A stretch of 64,000 nt of DNA from NCBI GenBank assembly GCA_965248435.1, contig OZ252100.1, positions 256,001 through 320,000 on the forward strand, written 5' to 3'. The notes beneath the pieces were generated by a model that worked only from the letters and a program-made list of their open reading frames with translations, searched no databases and was not told where the DNA came from. This document shows, one piece after another, positions 1-10,604 of the stretch; within the stretch, counting starts at the first letter, position 1; the number at the start of each line of letters is the position of its first letter. The position numbers and the translations under genes are program-made. The DNA is from Candidatus Latescibacterota bacterium (GTDB lineage Bacteria > Latescibacterota > UBA2968 > GCA-2709665).

Positions 1-1491
1 CGATGCACGTTGCTTCCCGCCAGCCCGTCTTCTTTTGTGTAAGTGATGAAGTCTTTCCCATCATATCGGCTCACGCCGGCGACGGTGCCAATCCAGATGT
101 GTCCTGATCGATCCTGCAGGAGGGACCACACCCAATTGCCGGCCAGACCATCTTCTGTGGTGAACGTGGCCCAGGCCTGTCCCGGACTTGCCTCGGGGTC
201 GTAGCGGCTCACGCCACCACCAAGAGTGCCAAACCAGAGATTGCCCTCCCAATCCTGCGGTGGTGAAAGTCGTCCAGTCCCGCCCCGGACTTGCTCCGGG
301 GTCGTAGCGGGTCACTCCCCCGACGGTGCCGAACCAGAAGTTCCCCTCCCGATCCTGGAGAATCGAGCTCACTCTATTGTGAGCCAGGCCGTCTTCGGTG
401 GTGAAGGTGCTCCAGGCTTGCCCCGGACTGGCCCCAGGGTCGTATCGGGACACTCCGCCCGCCCAGGTACCGAACCACAAATTACCCCCCCGATCCTGGA
501 GAATAGACGTCACATTATTGTGCCCCAGGCCGCCTTCGGTGGTGAAGGTGCTCCAGGCTTGCCCCGGGCTAGCTCCGGGGCCTGTCCCGGCCTCTGAGCC
601 GGGATCGTAGCGGGTCACTCCCCCGACGGTGCCGAACCAGAAGTTCCCCTCCCGATCCTGGAGAATCGACCTCACTCTATTGTGAGCCAGGCCGTCTTCG
701 GTGGTGAAGGTGCTCCAGGCTTGCCCCGGACTGGCCCCAGGGTCGTATCGGGACACTCCGCCCGCCCAGGTACCGAACCACAAATTACCCCCCCGATCCA
801 GGAGAATCGACGGCACGTAATTGTGCCCCAGCCCGTCTTCTGTAGTGAAGGTCGTCCAGGTCTGGCCTTCGTAGCGGCTGACACCACGATTAGTACCAAA
901 CCAAAGATTCCCGTCCCGGTCCTGAAGCATCGACAATATCGACCGAAATGCGAGCCCATCCGTCTCATCGTAGGTTTGCCAGTGACCTTTCCCGCGTCCC
1001 GCTGGCACGGCCTTATCAGGGTCGATGACCCCAACCTTGCCGGGGCCTGCAGGTGCCGTGTAGAGTCTAAACGTTCCTCGGATTTGTCCGTCCGGGCGGG
1101 TCGTTCCGAAGGCGGTCCCTAACTCTCGGTACACCTCTAGCCGCGCAGGATCGCTCCGAAGTGCCTTTCCCCTTTTTTTTTCTAGGAACTCAATCGCTGT
1201 CTTCGCTTCAAACAGGCGGCTGAAAACACTGTCTGGCGTCGCACGCCCCTTCACGGCCGATTCTACAAGACCGTGTTTCTTCAGGATCGGAACGACCTTC
1301 TCCTGATAGGCGGCTTCGAACTCGGACATTCGGTCAGGCGGTACCCAGAAGGAGAGCCGCGCGAGAGTGGGAGAACTGTTCGCCCCTCCGGCCTCTCCCG
1401 ACGCCTCGTTGACGACGAGCAACAGGGCGAGGCCGGAAAGGATCAGGGTCCAAAGTATTTTGGACAGACAGACCTGTCTCTTAACGTACAT
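1..1491 (-). CDS. Secreted two-component-regulator beta-propeller protein; frameshifted at ~257/258 and continuing off the left edge
   Basis: Signal-peptide-like N-terminus and repeated QDRxGNLWFGT..GVSRYD..W.TFTTEDGL blades. The blades resume in another frame (QDWEGNLWFGTLGGGVSRYD) below 257 and run to the window end. Confidence 0.85.
302..799. repeat. Near-identical intragenic direct duplication (~195 bp, 302-496 vs 605-799) of propeller blades
   Basis: tcgtagcgggtcactcccccgacggtgccgaaccagaag...attacccccccgatcc occurs twice, offset 303 nt, with very few mismatches. Confidence 0.9.
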
Positions 1492-4400
1492 CAGTCGTGA
1501 TCCTCGACGCGCAGCACGACGCAGGTCAGGTCATCCATCTGAGCGGCCTCTCCGATGAATCGGGTGACATCGGCCACGATCTCGTCTCTAATGCCTTCGG
1601 CAGATGCCCCGTCTCCAACCGCCTCCTGGATGAGCGATGCAAGGCGGTCTTGCCCGTAAAACGCTTCCTGTGTGTCCTGGGCCTCCTCGATGCCGTCCGA
1701 CGTAAACACGATCACGTCTCCGGGGTGCAGATCCAGGTCCACGCTTGAATACAGCTCCTTCCCCTCGGGTCTCAGGGGGATGCCCAGGGGCAATCCCGTC
1801 AGGCCTAGTGCGCGGACTGACGCTTCCACCTTGGAGTAATGATAAACTTCGGGGTTTGCCGCGCTCGCAACGGTCAGCGACCGGCCAGATGTATCCAGCA
1901 CGCCGATCCCACAGGTCACGAACATCTCCATCGGGATCTGGCCACGCAACGACTCATCCAGTCCGGTCAATATCTCCATCGCCGAGGTCCGTCCACGTAC
2001 TTCGTAGCGCAGGATCTCGTTGAATCGCATGGCCACTGTCGCCGCCTGCATCGCCTTTCCGGACACATCGGCGATGAAGATGCCCACTTTCTGCCTGGCT
2101 TCATCCAGATAGAAGAAATTGTAGTAGTCGCCCCCGACGTGGTTCGCCGGGATACAGATGCCTGACAACTCTATGCCTTCAACCTCCGGGGGCGATTCGG
2201 GCAGGAGTCCCATCTGCATATCGTGGGCGGTCTGCAGTTCTCGCTCCATCCCCTCGATGACCTCCTGTTGGGCAGCTTCCACTGCTTTGAAGTCAAGGAA
2301 GCGGGCATAGCCAAGGGCGACGGCCACAGCGAAGTCGTTCAGCGTCCTTATTTCATCCTCGGTGAAATCCTGACGATCCGACGTCGTGATCCGAAGACGG
2401 CCATAACTTGATGCAGGCACTTCGAGAATGGTCGTCTGCTCACTGCGACCCTGCCAGGGCTGCCCCGCAATAAAGCGCTCGATCGTCTCTCGCGTCACAT
2501 CAGGAAATGGCGCTGAAACGTGATAAGATTCGTGCGTCACCGCCCCTTGGGGATCGAGTTTATAGGTTGAGTAGTGGAAACCTTGCTGCTGAAAATAGTC
2601 CATGGATGGCTCGTCAACAGGTTCGTTCAGCACATCGATGCCACAGGTCTCAAATTGGAGACCGGATTGATTCAGATCATCCGCGAGGAGCGAGAGGACC
2701 TTTTCGAAATCAGACGCCTGCTCCATCGACTGGACCTGTTCCCGGATGCGCTCAACCGCCCGCTCACGCAGGAGTTCCTTATTTAGTCCAAACAACTCTT
2801 TGTTTGCATCCGACAGGGCTTTATTAGACTCCCGCAGCCTTCGGTCGCGCCGAACGACTCGACCTGTCTGGAGGCCCATGGCTCCAACTAACACAATCAT
2901 CAGCGCGATAAACCACGGCTGCTGCCAGACCGGAGGGACCACGGTGAAATGCACCTCGTCTGGTGTGGGGTCCTCATTGAAGTCCAGGTCCCGTGCCTTC
3001 ACCTGGAAGGTGTGATCCCCACTGCTCAAGGAGAAGAAGACTTGGCTCGTCTCCCGGGCGAAGGGAGACCACTTGTCTCCATCTAGACGCCAGGCAAACT
3101 GGACCTCATCATCCGAAGTCGCCCGCCATGGATCAGCGCCCCTCCAGGCCAGTGTCATATTGCCCGGCTGGGAGACTTCCTCCAACGCCACCACAATCTC
3201 GGTATTTGGAGGGTCAGGGTCGGGGACATAGCGAGTCGTTATCATGTCAGTCAGACCCTTCCGTTCGACGGGCCTTGCATCAGTGATCCAGACCGCTCCA
3301 TCCCGAGACTGCCGAAGCGATCCCCAAATGAGGTTCACGCGCATTTCTGGAGGGAGGGCCTTTGTCGTCCAGGTCCGCCCGTCGAAGCGGCTGATGCCAT
3401 TTGATGTGGCGGCCCAGACGCTGCCGTCCACTGTCTGAAGGATACCCGTAACCCAGTTGTCCGCCAGCCCGTGTCGAACATCGTAGCGCGTCCACGCCTT
3501 CCCGTTTCCCCCTGAGCCCGGTCCCCGCGTCAGCGGGGAAGGATCATAGTGAAAAGCGCCGTATCGCCGGGTGGCGACCCAGAGGCCACCTTTCTTAGTG
3601 GCATGGCCCGCGTCGGTCCCAAATAAGGGTGTGGCCACTTCCTCGGGCTCGATGACGGGCGTCCAGGTCTGCCCATCGAAGCGGCGTATGCCCCCAGTTC
3701 CTCCGAACCACAGCACCCCATCGGCCGTCTGCGCGGTCCAGTAGGCATAGGGATGCGCATCCGGCGGGGTGTAATGTGTCCAGGTATTTCTGCCGTGCTC
3801 TGAAGCGGAAGGCCCGAATCGAAGCACGCCGCCCAGTCGATCCCGGGCACGTGTCAAGGCTCTGGTTCCGAACCAGAGCGCACCATCCGAGGATTCGTAG
3901 ACATTCGGAAGTCGCCAGGAGAGTCGAGGATGCATCTTGAGGGACCATTGCTTTCCATCGAATCGGGCCGTTGCCGCCGTGCTGTCGTGACTTCCTGCAG
4001 CCCAGAGCTCCCCCTTTCGGGTCGCTATGAGCTCTATAGGCAAATCCATCAACCCATCCTCCACCCCGTAGCGTGTCCAAGTCCTTCCGCCTTGTGCCGA
4101 GCCCGGTCCCCACTTCAGCGGGGGTGGGTCGTAGCGCACCACGCCGCTGTCCTGGGATACAAACCAGAGCGATCCGTCTGGGGTGTCGCACTTGAAGTTC
4201 AAGCCCTCGTAGGTCGTCCACCTGGATGTCCCGAGGTCTAACCTGACAGCCCCCTGACTCAAACTCACCATCCAGAGCGCCCCGTCAGATGCCTCAAGTA
4301 AGCTAAAAGGCACCACCGGAACATCGGGCGGCTTGTAGATTTGCCAAACGCCGTTCCGGTATGCAGACAGGGAGCCGAATGAGCCGGTCCAGAGCGTCCC

Positions 4401-5614
4401 GTCCTTTGTCTCCAGAACGGAAAGCCCCCCAAATACGCCCAACCGGACCTGCGTCCAGTCCTTTCCATCGAACCGATTGACGCCACCCCCAAAGAGGGTC
4501 CAGATTATACCATCCCGGGTTTGGGTGATCCGCGGCGACCCCCCGATTCCCAGGCCGTCTTCCGCGTCGTAAAGCCGCCACGCCGTGGCGTCATTCGGCT
4601 GTGTAGCACGAACATCGTAGCGGACAATCTCCCCACGGTTCAGTCCCAACCAAATCTCCCGCTCCCCGTCTTCGTAGACATCGGAAACCGTGAAAGTATG
4701 GAAGGCCCCTTCCACCTGCTCCCGCGTTAGGGTCACCTCGAATGATTCAGAAAGGCCCGCCCGCTGCACGGTCAACGCTACCGAAGTGCCCGCAGGCCCG
4801 AACACCGAGGGGACTATAGGTCCAAATTGAGGTCTAAGAGCCCGTTCCCTTCGAGGCCGCTCCCCATCAACCGTGAGGATACGGTCCCCTACTTTCAGGC
4901 CCGCGGCCTCTCCGGGTCCCCCCGGTGCGAGCGCCCAGATGACCGCCGGACCGTTTCTAGTTGGTGCTGCCAATACCCCGATCCCTTCACCAGTAAGAAG
5001 GCGATGAGGGCGGGACCACGAACGGGGTTGAGCCACCTTGTCCGGTACGATGAAAAGCCGCACATCGGGCGCCAGCACTCTCAACGCGGCCCCATCTCTT
5101 CCACCGTATAAAGCGTCGCCTGCCCCCGGCTCAGACTTAGCGCACCCCACTCGGTCCCTGCCCACGCGCTCCCATCAGACGCCTCCATCAGATCCCATAT
5201 AGCCCAGGGTAGGTCTCCTTCCGAAGGGAAGACACGGCTCCAGCTACCCTCGCTGAACCGACTGATCCCCATCTCCGTGCCGGCATATAGGCTCCCGTCC
5301 CGCGCCGCTAAGAGCGCTTTTACGCGAGCACCCACCAAGCCCTCCGCCGGGGTATAGACAGTCCAGTTTACCGCGTCGTAGCGCCACACCCCCTCATCCG
5401 TGCCGAACCACATGTTGCCGTCCCTATCTTCGGCCATGCACCGCAACCCCAGCCCCTTCAGTTCCGGGAAGGCGCGCCAGCGCCAGGATTCCAGCACCGG
5501 GTCGGGTCGCACAGGTTGGTAAGGCTGGGCCGACCAGCACTCTGGAACGATTAGCACCAGGGCGAGGCAAGAAAGGACGAACGTTCGAAGCATTTTGGGT
5601 CCAACGATCCTCAT
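1491..5614 (-). CDS. Membrane sensor phosphatase: signal peptide, beta-propeller with PDZ insert, Y_Y_Y, TM, GAF-like, SpoIIE/PP2C; split by a 1-nt frameshift at 5090-5093
   Basis: ORFs 5081-5626 and 1491-5165 join as ...EEMG-AALRVLAP if one G is added to the G4 run. PDZ: GPGEAAGLKVGDRILTVDG. Y_Y_Y: LSSGDHTFQVKARD. PP2C: VGGDYY, ADVSGK, TSDGI, DDLT. Confidence 0.88.
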
Positions 5615-5627
5615 TACAACACCCAAT

Positions 5628-5663
5628 AAAAAAGGGGTATACCGATCTGGTCCAGGTATACCC
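5628..5663 (-). terminator. Intrinsic terminator after the receiver gene
   Basis: GGGTATACC-N11-GGTATACCC hairpin followed by a T-run on the minus strand. Confidence 0.65.
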
Positions 5664-5676
5664 TCAGACTTGCTGC

Positions 5677-6234
5677 TCAGGTTTGCACCTCGAGTTTAGA
5701 GCCCAAAAAAGTGTCGAACGGGCGTACAGGGGCAAGACCTCTGCCGACTAAGGGTATGGATTTGACGTGGCCGGCGCGGAGCTTTTCGGAAAGATCCGGC
5801 GATGGATCGCCTGCTCCTTTTGAGGCGCTGGCTTCTTGCCGGGAGTTGGCCGGTGGGCCCAGAACTCGCTCGATCTGCTTCTTCAGGTCTTCTATCGTGA
5901 ACGGCTTGGAAATGAAGGCCTGAACGTCGAACGGAGTAAGGTCTTCTTTGATTTGGTCGCTAATGAATGCCGAAACGATCATGACAGGGACATCGAAGCC
6001 TTCTTTTCGCATGAACTTGAGCAGGGAAGGTCCGTCAACTGTCGGCATGTTGAGATCGAGGAGGACCAGATCAGGGCGTCCGTGTTCCAGGGCGTCCACG
6101 GCCTCTGTCCATTGGGACGCGGCGATCGGCTGGTAATTGTGGAGAGTGAGCAGACGCTCGATCGGCTGGAGCACAGTCCGATCATCGTCGATCAGGAGGA
6201 TTTTCTTTGGCCTGGGGGGGACTTCAGCTTGCAC
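5677..6234 (-). CDS. Response regulator receiver protein with disordered tail
   Basis: ILLIDDD, LVLLDLNMP, VSA, SKPF motifs. Confidence 0.85.
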   Translation of the reverse strand: MQAEVPPRPKKILLIDDDRTVLQPIERLLTLHNYQPIAASQWTEAVDALEHGRPDLVLLDLNMPTVDGPSLLKFMRKEGFDVPVMIVSAFISDQIKEDLTPFDVQAFISKPFTIEDLKKQIERVLGPPANSRQEASASKGAGDPSPDLSEKLRAGHVKSIPLVGRGLAPVRPFDTFLGSKLEVQT

Positions 6235-6298
6235 AGGTTTGACTCCGCAATTTCATCGTGACCTCACCTTCAGGATATCGGCCATAACGTGTTGAAAA

Positions 6299-6314
6299 AG
6301 CAGTTATTGTGCCA
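6299..6314 (-). promoter_or_regulatory. Sigma54 -24/-12 promoter
   Basis: TGGCAC-AATAA-CTGCT, ~65 nt upstream of the receiver gene. Confidence 0.65.
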
Positions 6315-6584
6315 AATTAGTTTGTGGAAAACACTTTCACTTCCGTTTTCGTACAACTATCATTTTTTTAACAGTTTATAAGAATAGAAAAACCCATAAA
6401 TCAGTTCCCATTTCCTGAAACAGTGAGGGCTCGTTGACTCATCCCTACCCGTTCTGGCTGAAACCGGCCACAAAGATCCGCTCACCGAAGGTGCTTTGGG
6501 AGACTTACGACCGCAAAAAAATGAGGCATACCTTGCGAAGTATGCCTCCAACCCATCTTAAAGAGAGATCTCTGCTATCTCGTC

Positions 6585-6827
6585 TCAGGCCATGGAGCCA
6601 AGGCCTGGGGGATTGCCGGCCCCATCCAGGTCAGGCAAGAGCACGAATCGATCTATAGAAATTTCTGTGGGTGAATCCCCTCTGAACTTCTCAATGCCCT
6701 TGAACCGCTTCCCAGGTGCCCCACCAAAGACCCAGAGGGCAATCCAAATGAGTGCGACGAGGACGATGAGGACGATGACGTACCCAACAATCTCGCCTGG
6801 CCTCTTCTTCTTGAGCGCTTCCAGCAC
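6585..6827 (-). CDS. Small single-TM membrane protein
   Basis: GGAGG RBS before GTG; hydrophobic IVGYVIVLIVLVALIWIALWVF. Confidence 0.6.
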   Translation of the reverse strand: MLEALKKKRPGEIVGYVIVLIVLVALIWIALWVFGGAPGKRFKGIEKFRGDSPTEISIDRFVLLPDLDGAGNPPGLGSMA

Positions 6828-7015
6828 GGCCACAACCTCCTTTAAAAACACGGCGTTGCCGTCTGTACACAGACAGCATCCCGGCCGCCCCCGACGTCCA
6901 GCTAGGAGTTCAAAAAGGCCACACGATGCGATTGCTACACACAGGAATTTCGGAACTTCCAACCCGAATTGTCAAGCGTTTTCTCAAAAAGTTTCTTTAA
7001 ATCAAGAATGTTAGC

Positions 7016-7861
7016 CTAGTCAGCTGGGGTCTGGAGCAACGGCCGAAGGCTTTGTGGACCCAGGTCCAGTTTCATGTGTGCCGAGACATCGACGGAGACG
7101 AGCCAGACCTCCGGAAGCTGGCGGGAGGCATAAACTTGATAGTGAGCAGCCGGTACTCGCTGGAATCGGTAATATCCATTTGAGTCGACTTGGGCCTTCC
7201 GAATGATGCGACTCTGGAGTTTCTCCCCGATAATCTGAGCGTGCGCCTCTTTCAGACGGGAATTCCGCGAAGACTGGGAATCGCCAAGTCCCTTTACATG
7301 CTCGCGGTTATCAGATATCTGCCGTTCTACTCTGGTCAATCGAGCGCGTGAACGATTCACCCGCTTTTCGAGTGGTATCAATCGGCTACGGATGAAATCC
7401 CGGATCTGTCCCTTGGTCTCCAGTGAAAAGACCTTTCCGCCGTATTGTCTGTCCGTAATCTCCTCGAGTAACCTCTTTGAATCGATGTTCACATCCTCTT
7501 CGGAGAAAACCGGGTTACCCCCGAAGGATTTGAACCGTTTCATATCATCAAACGCGGATCGATAGCGACGCCAATCAGGCTCGTAGTTGGCTCGGACTTT
7601 GGCCAGCGAGGATTGAAGAGATTTCAGGTCTGCGTCTAAAGAATCTTGTCTGCTCTGGGTGTTGAACCCCAGATCTTCCAACTCCCGTCCGTAGTCGTCC
7701 TGGAGTGAGCGGACAAGCTCGAGGGCTCCATCGTCCAGCAGGTTCACTTCTGGAATTTCTCCGGAGACCTGTCCTTCAAGCCTATATGCCGGCTGGCCGC
7801 ACCCAATCGCAAAGAGAGGCGGAAAGCACACGCAGACGACCTGGGTAAGTGATTGCTTCAA
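7016..7861 (-). CDS. Putative lipoprotein, coiled-coil with carboxypeptidase-regulatory-like beta domain
   Basis: Lipobox-like FAIGC; C-terminal VDSNGYYRFQRVPAAHYQVYAS. Confidence 0.6.
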   Translation of the reverse strand: MKQSLTQVVCVCFPPLFAIGCGQPAYRLEGQVSGEIPEVNLLDDGALELVRSLQDDYGRELEDLGFNTQSRQDSLDADLKSLQSSLAKVRANYEPDWRRYRSAFDDMKRFKSFGGNPVFSEEDVNIDSKRLLEEITDRQYGGKVFSLETKGQIRDFIRSRLIPLEKRVNRSRARLTRVERQISDNREHVKGLGDSQSSRNSRLKEAHAQIIGEKLQSRIIRKAQVDSNGYYRFQRVPAAHYQVYASRQLPEVWLVSVDVSAHMKLDLGPQSLRPLLQTPAD

Positions 7862-7901
7862 GACATCTATGGGGGTAGCTAATGAATTGACCAGGAGGGA
7901 G

Positions 7902-8219
7902 TTACGAGGACTCGCTTGGGCGGTTCATGATGATTCTACCTTTACGGGCCATCTCCTTCTTCACCTTTTCTATCTCCGTCTTGAGCTCATTTTTCATCGC
8001 CTCCAGCGTCTTGATTTCTTCACCAATCGTTTCGGCTTGACCAGCTGCATCTTTCTTGGCCTGGGTATGACCATCCAATTGGGAATCGTGCTGGTCCCTC
8101 TCGGCCTCGGCCTGTTCGGTCTTGGATCTCCAAACGGGGACCTCTCTAAAGTAGTCTGCCAGAATCTTGAACAGAAATGCCAGGCACCCGACGGCCAAAC
8201 CTAAGAATAAGAATTCCAT
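7902..8219 (-). CDS. Membrane-anchored coiled-coil hypothetical protein
   Basis: N-terminal TM followed by a charged heptad region. Confidence 0.65.
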   Translation of the reverse strand: MEFLFLGLAVGCLAFLFKILADYFREVPVWRSKTEQAEAERDQHDSQLDGHTQAKKDAAGQAETIGEEIKTLEAMKNELKTEIEKVKKEMARKGRIIMNRPSESS

Positions 8220-8306
8220 TATCTTACACCCTTACTTTTGCGTCTTTGAATTACTGTCTCTAATAATATAGAGAATCAATCACACATACGCAAAACATTT
8301 TCTGGT

Positions 8307-9755
8307 CTAAATCGCCTTCCGATAGCGCGCAGGATTGATCCTGAGCTGATCCCGATACTTTGCCACAGTCCTGCGAGCGATGTCGATGCCTTCTTTCCGC
8401 AGTATATCGGCTATTCGCTGATCGCTCAACGGATTCTGGGTGTCTTCATCCTGGATCATCTTCGCGATTTTGTCCTTGACGGTCTTCGCTGATATGTCCA
8501 GTCCGTTCTCCCGACTCAGGCCTCCGTCGAAAAAGTACTTCAGCTCGAAAACGCCGTGAGGGGTCTGGACATACTTTCCATTGCTGACCCTGCTGATCGT
8601 GGACACGTGCATACTTACTTTATCGGCAACCTCTTGTAGAACCATAGGCTTGAGATGGCCCGGGCCGCGGTCGAAGAACGGCATCTGGTTATCTACGATA
8701 CACCGCATCACTCTGAGCATGGTTGTGCGCCGCTGGTGAATTGCGCTAATGAACCATCGAGCTGAATTGAGCCGATCAACCACAAAACGCTTCGCCTCCT
8801 TGCCCGCTTTTGCGGATTGGCTGAGCAGCGTCCGATAAATTGGACTCACCCGCAGTGAAGGGACATTGCGGTCTGTCAACGTGACGACGTACTCGATACC
8901 GACCTTTTGCACCTCCAGGTCGGGCACAACAAGATTGTGATTCACTCTTGGTTCCGGCGTGAAGCCAGGTTTAGGATTCAGACTTGAAATCATCTCAAGG
9001 GCTTCACTGATCTCTGCCTTTTGAAATCCCTCTGCCCGACAAATCTTGCTGTATCGCCGATTGATCAGGTCGTCGAGGTATTCGCGCACAATAACCATCG
9101 CGGGAGAATCCTCGTGACCCTGATCCCTGAGTTGAATCATCAGACATTCCCGGAGATCCCGAGCGCCCACCCCCGGTGGATCGAAAGTCTGGATGATTTG
9201 CAGGACCCGCTCGACTTCCTCAGGCTCAGTTCCGAGAACATTCGAAATCTCCTCAACCAGCGCCCGTAGAAAGCCGTCCTCGTCAATGTTTCCGATTATG
9301 TATTCGCCAATGGCTCGGTCGGCCTCGGAAAGATTTGTTAACAACAACTGCTCTTTCAATGTCTCTTCCAATGAAGTCTGATTCGCTCCGTTATTCTCCC
9401 ACTCTTCAATGTTTGGGTCGTGTTCTTCGCGCGGGCTGCTATACCCAGAATCATTCAGATAATCGTTCCAGTCGTCTTCATCGAATTCATCCTTATCGAG
9501 ATCTGTATCCTCGAACTCGAGCTCCTCGAGGTCTTCCTCTGATTCCTCATTCTCCTCCGCTTCCTCGGCGGGATCTTCTTCGGTCTCGGTTTCATCCTCA
9601 AGTCGCTCCTCTAACTCAAGGAGCGGATTGATTTGGAGCTCCTGCTGGATCAGCTGTTCAAGCTCCAGCGTGGGCATTTGAAGCAGCCGCAGGGACTGAA
9701 TAAGCTGCGGCGCCATCTTCTGCTGTAGGGATGTCGTTTGTGTTAGACGAATCAT
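8307..9755 (-). CDS. rpoN: RNA polymerase sigma-54 factor
   Basis: PQLIQSLRLLQMP region I, HVSTISR, RpoN box ARRTVAKYR. Confidence 0.97.
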   Translation of the reverse strand: MIRLTQTTSLQQKMAPQLIQSLRLLQMPTLELEQLIQQELQINPLLELEERLEDETETEEDPAEEAEENEESEEDLEELEFEDTDLDKDEFDEDDWNDYLNDSGYSSPREEHDPNIEEWENNGANQTSLEETLKEQLLLTNLSEADRAIGEYIIGNIDEDGFLRALVEEISNVLGTEPEEVERVLQIIQTFDPPGVGARDLRECLMIQLRDQGHEDSPAMVIVREYLDDLINRRYSKICRAEGFQKAEISEALEMISSLNPKPGFTPEPRVNHNLVVPDLEVQKVGIEYVVTLTDRNVPSLRVSPIYRTLLSQSAKAGKEAKRFVVDRLNSARWFISAIHQRRTTMLRVMRCIVDNQMPFFDRGPGHLKPMVLQEVADKVSMHVSTISRVSNGKYVQTPHGVFELKYFFDGGLSRENGLDISAKTVKDKIAKMIQDEDTQNPLSDQRIADILRKEGIDIARRTVAKYRDQLRINPARYRKAI

Positions 9756-9881
9756 GGGTGCCTAAAACTTGGCGAGTGGTAGATTCAAAAACCGTACCAA
9801 TGGCATGGCTTAGTCAAAAAATAACGAAATTGATCGACCTTAGACAACCCCTTTCTCGCATCATAGGGGAAGGCGCCCGGC

Positions 9882-10604
9882 TCAATCCAGACGGAATCGG
9901 TCCCCCAGGTAATTACTTCTCACCTCCTCATTATCCGCAAGGTCGCGAGGCGTCCCTGAGGTGAGGATTCTTCCTTCTAGCAGGATGTAAGATCGATCCG
10001 TAATCGCAAGCGTCTCCCGGACGTTGTGGTCGGTGACCAAGAGGCCGATATTTCGTGTCTTGAGGTTTGAGACGATCGCCTGAATGTCTTGAACTGCCTT
10101 GGGGTCGATTCCTGCGAACGGTTCGTCCAAGAGCATAAATTTTGGTTCGCGGGCCAACGCACGAGTGATCTCAAGCCTTCGAGCCTCCCCACCCGATAGA
10201 CTGTCCGCGCGCCGTTTCGCGAGACCCGTGAGTCCCAATTCACCCAGGAGTTCTCCCGCTCGTTCTTCTCTTTCTGCACGACTTAGATCCAGGGTTTCAA
10301 GCACGGCCATCACGTTGTCCTGAACGCTCAATCTTCGGAAGACGGAGCGTTCCTGTGCTAGATATCCAATGCCTAGACGCGCGCGGAGATACATCGGCAA
10401 AGTAGTAATCTCCGAATCGCCCAGGAGAATGCGGCCTTGCTGCGGGGAAATGAGTCCGACAATCGTGTGGAACGTGGTGGTCTTGCCCGCACCATTGGGT
10501 CCAAGCAGCCCCACGACTTCCCCTTCACCCACCTCCAGACTGACGTGATCCACCACTCGCTTCTTCCCATACTCTTTGACGATCTTTTCAGTTCTCAGCG
10601 TCAC
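9882..10604 (-). CDS. lptB: LPS export ABC ATPase
   Basis: GPNGAGKTT, LSGGEARRLEI, LLDEPFAG, TDHNVRETL; lies upstream of rpoN. Confidence 0.95.
   Translation of the reverse strand: MTLRTEKIVKEYGKKRVVDHVSLEVGEGEVVGLLGPNGAGKTTTFHTIVGLISPQQGRILLGDSEITTLPMYLRARLGIGYLAQERSVFRRLSVQDNVMAVLETLDLSRAEREERAGELLGELGLTGLAKRRADSLSGGEARRLEITRALAREPKFMLLDEPFAGIDPKAVQDIQAIVSNLKTRNIGLLVTDHNVRETLAITDRSYILLEGRILTSGTPRDLADNEEVRSNYLGDRFRLD

Noticed and set aside
302-799. Diversity-generating retroelement TR/VR pair
   Set aside because: Both copies are in-frame propeller blades, the mismatches are not adenine-specific, and no reverse transcriptase is in the window.
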